This document shows, in pieces, positions 26,595 to 38,500 of a stretch of DNA of 64,000 nucleotides. A program made the translations under genes and the position numbers. How positions within the stretch are numbered: the stretch's first letter is position 1; every line of letters starts with the position of its first letter. The notes below the pieces were generated by a model. It was not told where the DNA came from, did no database searches, and was given only the letters and a program-made list of their open reading frames with translations. Source of the stretch: Cyanophora paradoxa CCMP329 (lineage: Eukaryota; Plantae; Glaucophyta); NCBI GenBank assembly GCA_004431415.1, contig QPMI01000594.1, positions 9,356-73,355 on the forward strand, in the 5' to 3' direction.

Positions 26595-29500
26595 ATGCCG
26601 GAGGCGCCGGCCGCCGTATGGTGAGGGCGCAGCGATCTGCGAGCTTTTTGGATCCTATAGCGCCCGCTTACGCGTGGCGCAGGCGATCCGCGCCAAAGGC
26701 TGCGGTCCTGCAGCCGCCACCCGAGGAGCAGCGCGCTCCCGCTCCCCAGTCGAAGCTATGGCGCGAACTGAAGGCGGCTGAAGAGCTCCGCCGCCGGCAG
26801 AAGGCGGATGAGACGCGCATCAAGCTGGAGGTCGGCAACCCGGGGCAGGCCCCGGGACTTCGGAGCAGGCGCGCTGATCCGCCGCGCAGGCCCTGGAGCA
26901 CGTGGAGGACGTCGCTCGGCAGAAGCGGATCGCCTCCATCCAACGCCGCAAACAGGAGCTTGAGGAGAGCGAGCGGCGGCCGGCCGCCTCGTCCCGGGCG
27001 CGGCTGCCGACGAGGCAGGCCCGGGCCGGACGCTCGGGCGAGCGCCCTTCGTCCGCTCCCGCGCAGCGCTTCACGGGAGAAAGCGTCCCGTCCGCCGGGC
27101 GCCCTCCGCGCCAGGCAGAGCTGCTGGCCTTGGCGCGCCTCTCGCGCGAGCGGCCGGCGGACGAGCAGCAGCAACCCGCCGAGCGATCGCCCAGCCCGCC
27201 GGCCCGCGGCAGCTCCAGCGACGACAATGACGACGGCGAGGCGGGCGCTCTGTTCCGCCCGCTCGGCTTCGGCGCGCCCCGCAGCGCGGCCCGGCCGGCC
27301 GCAGCGCATCAGCCGCCTCCGCCGCATCTGCAGCCTGCGAAGGAGCCGAAGCCGGTGGTGCTCTCGCCTGCAGAGGAGGCGGTGGTGCGGGGCCCCGCGC
27401 CGCGGCCGCCGCCGCGAGACCCGCCCAAGCCCAAGGAAGCGCCCGCGCGGAGCAAGAGCCCCCCGGGCGGCACGCAGCGAACCAGGGGCGGCTTCCGCAG
27501 CCCTCCTCCGGCGGAGGCGGCGCCCGCGGCGGACGCGGCAGCGGCGGCGAAGCGGAGGCAGGGCGAGCCGGCGGGCGCCGGACCGGAGGAGAGGTCAGCG
27601 AGCCCGCCCAAGCAGCAGGGGCCGTGGCCGGGCGGCAGGGACCCAGAGGAGGTTCGGCGCATCCTTGAGCGGCAGCGCCGGGAGCGGCGGGAGCGGCTGC
27701 AGAAGGAGAAGGAGCGGGAGGAGGCCGCCGCCAAGCAGCGCCACGACGCGCTCAAGCGGTGCGGGGGGTACGCCTGCGCGCCGCGCTCGCCTGAACCCCC
27801 TCCGCAGGATCCAATCGGAGGCCAAATCTGCGTTCCAGAAGGCTGGGCGGAGGCCGTTTCCCCGTACCCCCTCCATGCTCCTCTCCCGGGGGCGGTCCCT
27901 TCCGGACCTTAGCGGCAGCGAGGCGCCCGCCGCAGGCCCGTCGGAGCCCGCCGGAGGGGCCGGGCAGCGGCGGTACCCGGGTCCGGGGGACGCGCCGGCC
28001 TCGCCGCCGGGCCGCACGCGCTCCGCTTCGCCTGCCGCCGTCGCCCCCTCGCCCGGCCGAGGCCCTTCCGTTTCATGGGCCCCGCCCGCCTCCCCCTCCC
28101 GCCCGCCTCTCCACCCCCGAAGACGAGCCGTACCCGCCCTCGCCGCCCCGGGCGCGGGCCCCGCCCACAGCGGCGCCCGCCGTCGATCCCGAAACCATCG
28201 CGCGCATCGCGGCGCGCGAGGCGGCGGAGCGCGTGCGATCCACGCTCATCTCGCAGCTCCAGGCGCGCCCGTCCCGCCCGGCCCCTGGCGTCCCGCCGTC
28301 CTGAGCGCGCGCGCCCCGCAGACCCTCGCGACGGAGCCTACCGGGGAGGGGTACCGGTCCGGCGGCGAGGACCGCGCCCCCGCGCACCAACCGGGCTCGC
28401 CGGGCCGCGGCCCCGCCCCGCCGCCTCCCCCCCCCCCTCGGACGACGCGCTCCGGCGACAAGTCCGCACTACCCCCCTTTCTTCGCCCCCACCCCCCCTT
28501 TCGCATCCGAATCGCCGTACCCAGGTCCGGGTCGAGGCCCTGGTGGAGGCGACCGCGCGGCTCTCGGAGCGTCTCGCGCGCCTTGCCGCCACGCGCTCCG
28601 CCGTACCCCTCCCGCCCACCGGTGCCCCGGCCCGCCCGCCGGACCGCCGGCCCGCCCCCGCCCCCGCTCTGCCGGTCCCTCTGAGGCATGGCTCGCAGCG
28701 CCGGCGGGGAGTCTCCCGCCCGCCTGGGCGGCACCGGACGCGCTGGAGTCCTTCGGGACGATGCGGGCGGGGTCGCCCGAGCCGCCCGGCATCGCCCGGC
28801 TGCGCGAGGCGGCGGCCGCCGGGCTGCTCCGCGACTGGGACGACGAGGAGGAGGACGAGGAGGCGGCGGCGGGAGGGGCCGGGCCGCCCCCGGGTACAGG
28901 GAATCTCTACGAGGCGGCCAAGGCGCGGGCCGAGGCCGAGGCGCGGGAGCGCGCCCGGGCCGAGGAGGCCGCCCGGCGGGCCGCCGCGGCTTCCCTGGGG
29001 GGCGATTCGGAGGATGGGTACGGGGACGACACGTTCGAGGAGGAGGAGGCGGCGGCCGCGGCGGCTGCGGCGGCGGCGGCGGACGGCCCGCGGCGGGGCG
29101 CGCCGGGGCCTTCGGACAGCGTGGTGGCTTCGGAGTCCGGCCTCTGGGGGGCCAGCGCGTCGGCGTCGGTCGCCAGCCCGGCGCCCAGGGGCCGGCGCCC
29201 CGCCGACCTCGCCGTGGCGCCCTCGCCGGCGCCGGACGGCGGCCCGGCCTCCTCCGTCGCCGAGTCCGCCGAGTGGTCCTCCGTCGCCTCGCCCGCGGCC
29301 AAGGCCCCGCGGACCGCGCCCCGTCCCGCCCCGGCCCCGGCCCCGGCCCCGACCCGGCCGCTCCCGCTTCGATTCGGCGCCCCCCCGCCCCCGTCGAGAG
29401 CAGGCGAGCCCTCTACCCCTCCCCTCTCAAGCCCCTTCCACCCCTCATTTTTCGCCGCAGCGAGTCCAGCGTGGCAAGCGAGGTGGCCGAAGAGGCCCTC

Positions 29501-32500
29501 GGCGGCTCCATCGACGAGGCGGAGCAGGTACCCCCGGCTTCTTCCCCCCCCCCCCCGCTTTCGTACCCCGCCCACGCCTCCCGCCCGCAGAAGCGGAGGG
29601 CGCTGGAGGCAGCCAGAGCGGAGGCGGGCCGGCCGGACCCCAACAGCATTCTGAACGCGTACATGCGAAAGCTGCGAACGAAGGCCGCGGCGGCGGCCGC
29701 GGCGGCGGCTGTACCCCCTCCCGCGCCCGCGCCCGCGCCCGCGTCGGCTGCGCCGACGCCGGCCCGGGCCCAGCCGACCGTACCCATCCTGTCCTTCTCC
29801 GAGCTACCCCTCCCCGCGGCGCCCGCCGTACCCCCCATCACCCTCGCCGTGCCCTCGTCGCTCTCCGTCACGCTCGCGTCCCCGCGGGCAGCCCCGGGCC
29901 TCCCGGCGCCGGCGCGTACCCCCCGCGGGCTCTCGGGCTCCGTCGGGGGCGGCTCGAGCCTCCGCCGGCTCGACGCCTCGCTCCTCTCCGCCTCGGGGGC
30001 GGGGGGGTACGCCTACGCCGACGACTTCGAATCCGAGAGCGAAGCCGGCTCGGGCGGGGCCGCGGCCGCGGCGGCGGGCGCCGAGGAGGACGAGGTGGAG
30101 GAGGAGAGCGCGGCCTCTGCGCCCGCCTCCGCCTCCGCCTCCGCATCCGCCCCCGCCTCCGCCTCCGCCTCGCACGAGGGGCCCCTCGCGGCCGGCGGCG
30201 GCCCCTCCTCCTCGGCCCCCGCGCACGCCCCCGCCCCCGCCCCATCCTCCTCCTCTACCGCCCCTCCCCCATCCGCCCAAGCCGCCTCCGCCCCGTACCG
30301 GGCGGTGCTGTTCCCCGGGGGCGCGGCGGGGCGGCCGCGGCTCTCGCCGGACGAGCTCTCGCGGCGCCTCCTCGCCGAGGTCGGCCGCCTCGAGGTGCGT
30401 GTTCGAGGCTGGGGGTGGGCAGTTCTAGTCTAGCTCTAGTGTACCTCTAAGCGAGGAGGCCCGCCCTAGTACCTAGCTCCTCAATCCTAGCTCCCAGCTC
30501 TTAGGTCCGTCGCTTCTAGCCTGCTCTAAGGGAGAGTGCCGCCCTAGTTCCAGCTGTCAGCTCCTAGGTCGGCCGCCTCGAGGTGCGTGTGTGTTCGAGG
30601 CGGGGGCTCTGTGGGGCCCTCGTTAGCGCTCGCCAGAACTAGGGAGAAGGCCGCCCTAGTTCCTAGCTCCTCAACCCTGCCTCCGAAGTGCTCTAGTTCC
30701 TAGCTCGTTCTCTATGTCGAGGCTGCCTAGTTCCTAGCTCCGAGGTCGGCTGCCTCTAGGCCCGCTGCCACGAGCTCTAGTCTTGCACCGGCGCTCTGCT
30801 CCTTCGTCCAGCCAGCGCTCTCCCTCCGGACCCTCGGCGTAGGAGTCTAGCTCCCGCCCCTTCCTAGTCTAGTCTAGTCTAGTCTAGTCTAGTCGAGCTC
30901 TCGGGCCGCCCGCCTCCTATCCTCCGCTCCTTCGTCTGGCATCGTTCGGCTCTCCGGCCCCGGACCCTCGGCGGACGCTCGGCGGACGCTCACCTTCGCG
31001 CGCGCAGGCGGCGGAGGAGTCGCGGCTGCAGCTGGAGGCGCTGGAGGCGGCGCGCGCCGCGACGGCCCTCGGCGTCGGCGAGCGCCTCCTCGCCGCCCAG
31101 GTACCCCCCCCTCCCCCTCCCCCCTTCCTTCCTTCTTCGTTCGTTCTGAGTGCGTCGCCTTCGCTCGTTCGCAGCGGGCGAAGCGGGCCGAGGAGGTGGC
31201 CGACCTCCAGGTCCGAGCCCCGCCCCTTAGAAGGAAAGAATGACTCAGAATGGCTAAGAAGAATAGCCGAGAATGGCTCAGAATGGCTCGCCGCCTTAGG
31301 AGCCGATTGCTCAGAAGAAGAATGGCCCGAGGGAGCCATCCCCCAGCTCCTCCTCCTCCTCCTCCCTTTCTTCTTTTTCTTCTTTCTGACGCGCTTGCCC
31401 CTCGCCCCGCCCCGCCCCCCCCACAGGCGCGGGAGCAGCTGCTGGCGGCCCGGACCGCCGCCGAGGAGGAGGCCCGCGCCGCCCGGGTACACATATCCCC
31501 CCTTCCCCCCCCGCCCTTCCCCCCCCACCCTTCCCCCCTCCTCGCCCACCCACCACCTCCACTGCAGGAGCGGCGGGGGCGGGAGGAGATGGCGCGGGAG
31601 CGGGAGGAGGCGGCCCGCGCCGACCGCGCCCGCCGCGACGCCGAGGTGCGCCGGGCCGGGCCGGGCCAGGCAAGAGTGTTCTAGACGTGGCTAGACGCCG
31701 AGGGGTTTCTCTCCTGTGCAGCTGCTCTTCCTCGCTCTCCCCCTCGCCCCCTCGCTTACTTTGGGGGGCGGCGCAGGAGGCGCGGGCGGCGGAGGCGCGG
31801 CGCTCGCTCGCCGACGAGCACGCGCGCCAGCTCCGCCAGGTCCGCGGGGGGTTGTCTAGGCCTAGCTAGGCATAAAGGTGGCGGGCGCCTTAGGCGGGGG
31901 CGCGCCAAACTCGCGCGCCCATCAAGCTAGCTAGCGCTACCCATCCTATCCGACCCGATCCGGCTCCTCACCTCCGCTACCCCCCCGCCCCTCCTCCTCC
32001 TCCTCCTCCCCTCTGCAGGTGACGGAGCTCTTCGTGGAGCGGCTGGAGGACGCGCGGGAGAAGGCGCGCGTCGCCTGCGCCCTCCACTACGCCGCCGCCG
32101 TCCAGGTGCCCAAGACGCGCTTATGAAGACAGAGACTTCCTGTTCTACACGAGATAAGAGTAGCACGAAAGAGCCTGCTCTTGGCTTATAGGAAGCCCTC
32201 CTCTGCTGTGGGGCGGTCTGCGGTCTGCTGAGCGGGGCCGGGCCGCGCAGACGGACGAGACGATGGCGGCCCCGGCGGCGCCCCCCGCCGCGGCGGCCGC
32301 CGCCGGAACCTCCGGCTCCGCTTCGGCCTCCATGCAGGTACCCCTGTCCCAGACCGGCTCTCCTTCTTCTTCTGATCCGGCTTCAGTACGAGCCGGACTT
32401 CGAATCCGCGGCGGGCGCTTCCGGCCGCGACGGCAGCGTCGCCGAGGAGGTTCGGGGGGTACCGCGGCTTCCCCTTTTTCCTTTCCGATCCTCTTCTCAG

Positions 32501-35500
32501 ATCGACGCGGCGTCGGCGGCCGCGTCCGGGCGGGGGCAGCGCGAGGACGCGGGTTCAATCCCCGAGGAGGCCTCTTTCGCGAGCGCCGCCTCCGGCCCGG
32601 GCCGCGGCGGGCACGCCGCGGCGCCCTCCGAGGGTTCCATTCCGGAGGAGGCGAGTTTTGCGCCAGCCCGTACCCCCCCTTTCCACACTGCTTACCGTTT
32701 TCGGCCGCAGTCGTTCGCAAGCGCCCGCGGCGGGCGCGGCGGGCGCGGCGCCCTCGACCGGACTGACGCCAGCATCGCCGAGGAGGTCCGCGTACCCCTT
32801 CTCATCCACTCCTTATTGCCCTGTACCCACCCCCGCGATCGCTAAGGTGGAGGAGAGCGGGAGCGAGGGGGCCTCCCCCGCCCGCCCCGGCGGGGCCCGC
32901 CCCGCCGCCCATGCCGACCTCGAAACCTCCCAGGCGCGCCGTACCCCGCCCACCGTACCCCCCCGCCCGGTCGTTCGCGTACCCCTGACGGGCCGGACGG
33001 CAGCTGTCGGCGGGGTCGGACGAGTCGACTTCGGACCCGATGGGCCGCGTCGCGGGGGAGGTGCGCCGGGGAGGGCGGGCGGGGGCTCGAAAGAAGAACG
33101 CGTCAGGACGGAATCTCGAAAGGATGGGATCTGACCCTGGCCCCGCCCTGGACTCAAGCTGTAGCTCTAGCTTCTAGCGTCCGACCCCCGCCTCGAGTCC
33201 GACCCGGGCCCCGCCCCATCTGTAGCTCCCCCTCCGACCCCCGCCCTCGTCCGATCTCCTCGGGCAGGTGGTGCGGAAGCTGATGGCGGAGGAGGAGCAG
33301 CGCGCCCGCTACCACGACGCCGTCCTCAAGCTCCGCGAGAAGGCCGCCGAGGCGAGCCTGCCAGCCAGCCAGACCCCTTCCCTTTCTTTGCTCCAGATTA
33401 GAGCTAAATCCTATGCTATCCTTCTAGCCGGACCGCACGCTTCTTCCAGATTCTTCTAGCTAGATAACGCGCTGACGCCCCCTCGAGCGAGCGAGCGATC
33501 GGGCGGGACCCCTTCCCTCCAGCGCCCCCGGAGCTAGGATCGGCGCCGGCTGACCCCCGGCGGCACAGGAGCGGGCCAAGGCGGAGCTCGCGTGGATCGC
33601 CGCGCAGCGCGCCGGGCATCCCGCCCCGCCCGTGCGCGCTCCGCCCCGCCTAAGAGCTGGCAGAGCTGACGTGGCTCGCGGGGTCGCAGGGGAGCCCGCC
33701 GCGGTCGCCGCGGCACGGGGCCGACACGCCGGCGCCGCACGGGGCGCCCCGCCAGAAGCAGCAGCAGCAGGCGAGCCCGCCCGACCTCTCCCAAGCGTTT
33801 TCCACGCCCTTTGCTCCCCGCTGACGACTCGGTTGCAGCGGGGGAAGGGGGCGCCGAGCGAGCGGGAGATCGAGCGGCGCGTGCAGGAGCTGCGCACCCG
33901 TCTCGCCGCCGAGCGCGCCGAGATCGAGCACGTGCGCCCCCAGCTTCTCTTCCCCCTGCCCCCCTTCCTCTTCGAATGCTCTAGGAATTACACGAGAAGA
34001 GAAAAATCCTTTCTCTGTAGTGCAGAACGTCCTCGCCGCGCCTCCTGATCTCTGACGGCGCGCCCCCGGCAGCTGCGGGCAAGCTTCAAGGCCGACAAGT
34101 ACCGCCAGTTCGTCGCCCTGCAGGTAAATGCTTTCCATTCACGCTTCTCTATCTGTTTTACCCTTTCCGTTTACTCGCTCGTTCGCAGGCGCAGCAGCGC
34201 TCGATTCTGGAGGCGCGGCGGGAGGCCGACGCCTTCCGCAAGCGCTCGGGCGGCTCCGGGGCCGGGGCCGTCGCCGGGGCCGGCGAGGGGCGGGAGCGGG
34301 CGCGCGAGCGGAGCGCGGGGCGGCCGGCGCGCGCCGCCTCCGCCTCCGCTTCTATCGTGGACGATGCGCGTGCCGCCCTTCCCCTTCCCTTCCCCCCCGC
34401 AGAGGGCTGGCGCCGCCCCCCCGCGGCCTCCCCCTACCCCCACCCTCCCCGTTTCGCCGCTGCCGTCTCTTTACGGCCTCTTGCTTCGCTCCCTCGCGCC
34501 GCAGGTGGAGGCGGCGGAGGCGAGCCGGCGGTCGCGCTCGGCGCCGGGCGGCCGCGGCGCGCCTCGGCGGGCCCGCCCCGGGGAGGACGAGAGCATCGCC
34601 GAGGCGCGCTCCCCGATTCCCTGCTTCGTCGATTTCCGCTGAATTCCGTGCCCCGCAGGAGAACATTCCCGAGGCTTCCTTCGGCTCCCGCCACACCTCC
34701 GAGGTCCGCCCCAGTGCCCCACACCAGAGAGAAGAAGGGAGGCGGCCTCGCCGGCGCTTGACTAGTCCGGTCTCCGCGACGCCAATCTAGCGACCCCCTC
34801 CCGCCACGGCGCTGACGCCTCTCCCATCGCCCCGGCCTAGCCTCCGCCACCATCGCACCCGGGCGCTATCGCCGCGGCGCTGACGCCCCCCCTCTCGCGC
34901 CGGCAGGTGGCGGACGAGGTGGCGAGCGCGCTGGACTACACCCAGGACTTCGAGGACGAGCCGGCCGAGGCGCGCGCGCCCCCGCCTTCTAGGTTCTAGA
35001 GGCCTCTTGGCTGTGGAGGCCCCTAGGCTGGGCGAGCTCTGCGCTCCTTTCTTCCCCCCGGCCCATCCAACCCTCGGGGAGGCTTTAGATGCGGGTTTTA
35101 AACTCCTAGAGGCTTCTAGGCGCCGCCAGGGCCTCGAAGTCCGGCCAAGACATCGAGGAAGAGCCGGCCGAGGCCCGCCCTCCCCCGCCCCCGCCCTGCG
35201 CCCTGCGGGAACCGGCCCCAGAGGCTTTCAATCTTCCAGAGGCTTCTAGGCGCCGCCGGGGCCCGCCCCGCCTTCTAGATACTTAATCTTGAATCTTCTA
35301 GAGGTCTCCAGAGGCTTTTTATCTTCTAGAGGCTTCTAGAAGACTTCGAGAAGCCTAGCTACATGCTGTCTCCAGAGGCCACTAGGCTACCATCGACGCC
35401 CCTTCGCGCCCCTCCCCCGCCCCGCTCGCCGCGGAGCTGCGGGCCTGACGCCTCTCCCCCCGCCGCAGGTGGACGAGGAGAGCGCGATCGAGGAGGACGT

Positions 35501-38500
35501 CACCGTCCGCTCCGTTGCCCGCTCCATCCGCAGGCGCGCCCTCCGCCCCATCATGGGAGCAAGGGAGAGAGGAAGCTTCCGTTGTTTCTTCTAGACATCT
35601 CTCCGACATCTGTTCTGTCTCGCTGACTCGGGGGGCCCGCCAGCGGGGGGAAGGAGGGCCGCGAGGTGGCGCGCGCCGCGCGGGAGGTGCGCCCCCTCCT
35701 AGAAAGGCCTAGAAGGCCTTCCCTCGAGCCGGGACGCTGAGGCCGCGCCTCGCCTCCGCGCGGCAGCGGCTGGCGGAGGCGGCGGGGGAGGCGACCGTCG
35801 AGGAGGACGGCCGCCTCAGGTCCGCAGGGCTCTCCCGCCCCTCCCCACACCCGCCCCCGCCCCGCCCCCGCCCCAGCGAAGGGATAGCGGAGGGATAGCG
35901 GAGGGATAGGGGAGAGATGGCGGAGAGCCGCGCCCCGCCCCGCCCCGCCCCGCCATGCTGGATAAATCCGCGCTCCTCCTTCCTCCCTCGCGCCCCGCCT
36001 GCGCCCTCCGCCACCTCCTTCCGTCCTCGGGCGCCCGAGCGGGGCGGGATGCGGCCGCAGGGCGATCCGGAGCATGCTGGAGAACATCAAGAAGATGCAG
36101 GGCCAGGTGCGACCGACCGGGCGCCTCTCTCTCATAGCAGCTCCCCGCGTCCGCTGCTGCTGAGGCGGGGCGGGGCGGGGCGGGCGCGGCGGCAGATCGC
36201 GGACGCGAAGACGCTGGAGAAGCGGGAGAGGCTCGTCGCCCAGCAGGTGAGCGAGCGGGAGGCTAGTGCCCGAGGGTAGAAGCAGGACCGAGGCTGGCCG
36301 CCTTAGAGGCTCTTAGACGAAGCCGCCCGGGTCTGGGGCGCCGCTTAGCTTCGGGGTTAGCTTCTTCCGGCCTCCTCCCTCGCTACGGCTCTCCCTCGCT
36401 CCATCCCGCCTACGTGATCTGACGGGGGCGGGCGGGGCCGTGCAGCGGCGGATGGCGGAGGAGCTCCTGGAGCAGAAGCGGGCCCTCGCCGACGCCCGCG
36501 CCCGCGCCCGCGCCCTCCGCCGCCAGGAGCGCCAGGTCCGTCGGCGAACTCTCTTCCTCCTCCTTCGGTCTCTTGGACTAGATTACTTGGAGTGCTCTCT
36601 CGCGCTCGCCCCTCCCCACCACTCGCCTGGGATCTCGAGCCGGGCCGGGCCGAGCCCCGCGCCCCCGATTCCGGCTAGACTAGACTAGACTAGACTAGAT
36701 TCCGAGCCGAGACTAGATTCCTTAGAGTGCTCTCTCGCGCCCTTCCCCCTCTCCCCACCCCTCGGACGCGTCCCCGAGCCTCGCCCCCCCCCGCAGGTGG
36801 CGCGGCTGCTGCAGGAGGCGGCCGCTCTCGACGCCGACATCGCCGCCGTCCGCCCCGCCCCGCCCCCGCCCCGCCCCGCCCCTGCCGCACCCCGTCTCGT
36901 CCGCCTCGCCCCGCCCTGACAGCCGCCTTCTCCTCTCCGCCCCTTCCCCTAGCGTTTCTAGCGCCCAGCATTTCGAGATCTCTTCTCTCCGCCTCGCTGA
37001 CCGCCCCGCAGACGGACCAGAGCACCGCTTCCGTCGAATTCGCCGCGCTCCCGCCCCGCCGCTCCGCCGCCTCTTCCTCCGCCTCCCCCGCCAAGCGCGC
37101 CGCTCTCTCCGCCGCCGCCGCCTCGGCGGCTGCGGCCCAGCGGAGGAAGTCGCCGCCCAAGCCCCGCCGCCGGCCCCGTGCGCGCGCCTTTCAGCGCCTT
37201 AGCTTCCTATCTTCATCTTCTTTCTTAGCGTCGTCTCCTTCTTGCTTCCTAACTTCCTAGCTTCTTCTTTCAGCGCCTCAGCTTCCTATCTTCTTCTTCT
37301 TCTTTCTTAGCTGTTTCTTCAGAGTCGGACGAGGGCAGCACGATCGAGGAGGAGGCCGGCGCCGAGGCGGAGGCCGCCGCGAGGCTCGCCCCCCCCCCCC
37401 CCCCCCCTCCCCCCGCGGTCCCGCTCAAGGCTGTACCCCCCCCGCAGCTCGGAGGCGTCGATCGCCGACGAGGCGCCCGACGACTTCCCCGCCGCGTGCG
37501 CCCCGCCCCCGCCTCGTCCCCTAGACGGACCGCCCTCCGCCCTAGACGCCCTAGACGGACCACATAAGCTGGCACCCCGTCCCCGCTCCGCCCCGCTGAA
37601 GGTCCAGATTCTAGAAGCGGCCCCGCGCCCAGACGCACGCTTGTAGCTCCCGTCCAGATCCTGCTCTAGCTCCCCTATCTATCTGCCCTCGCCCTTGGAT
37701 GGATCCAGGGGCGCCCTGACGCGCCCCTCCCCGCCGCCCTAGACGGACTCCTACTTCACCAGCAGGCCCTGCCCCCCGAGCTTCCGACCCGCCCGCCCGC
37801 CCGCCCGCCTGCCACCAGCTCTAGCTCTCATCCAGCTCTAGCTCCAGCTCCTTTGCAGCAGCTAGGTGGGGGCCTTAAGCTCTCATCCAGCTCTCTAGCT
37901 CCCTTATCTATCTGCCCTCGCCCTTGGATGGATCCAGGGCCGCCCTTCGCCGGCTTCGGGCGCCGCCCTGGCTCTATCTAGCCCTCATCCAGCTCTAGCT
38001 CCCCTTGCCCTTGCCCTGGATCTAGGGCCCCCTCGACGATCTTGACCCGAGCCCTATCTGCTCTAGCTCTCCTTGCCCTTGCCCTTGGATGGACCTCGGG
38101 CCGCCCTGACGCCCTCCTCCACCGCAGCTCGGTGGGGGCCTCTTCGATCGCCGACGAGGCGGGGGCGAGCGGCGCGCCCTCCGAGTCCCGCGGCGCCGGC
38201 GAGATCTCCGACGAGGCGCCCACCGTGGGGAGGAGGTGCGCGCGTTGGATCTGACTGAAACAGGCAGCGAGCTAGGCTAGTCTAGGCTCCACCGCCCGAG
38301 GCGCCCACCGTGGGGAGGAGGTGGAGATTTGAAGATTTGATCTGGGGATTCAATCTGAAGATTCGATCTGAAGATTCGATCTGGATGCTTGTGTCTTATT
38401 CTTTCCTTCGTCAGGTCGGCCTCCAGGGCGTCCGCCGTACCCGAGGAGAGCTTCGCCTCCTCCGCCGCGCCGCCGCCTCCCCGCCGGCCCGGCGCCCGCC

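Noticed and set aside
26444-30450. Long 746-aa and 791-aa Arg/Pro-rich ORFs and antisense ORFs
   Set aside because: Stop-poor shadows of very GC-rich DNA; the true frame switches at introns and matches CEP350.
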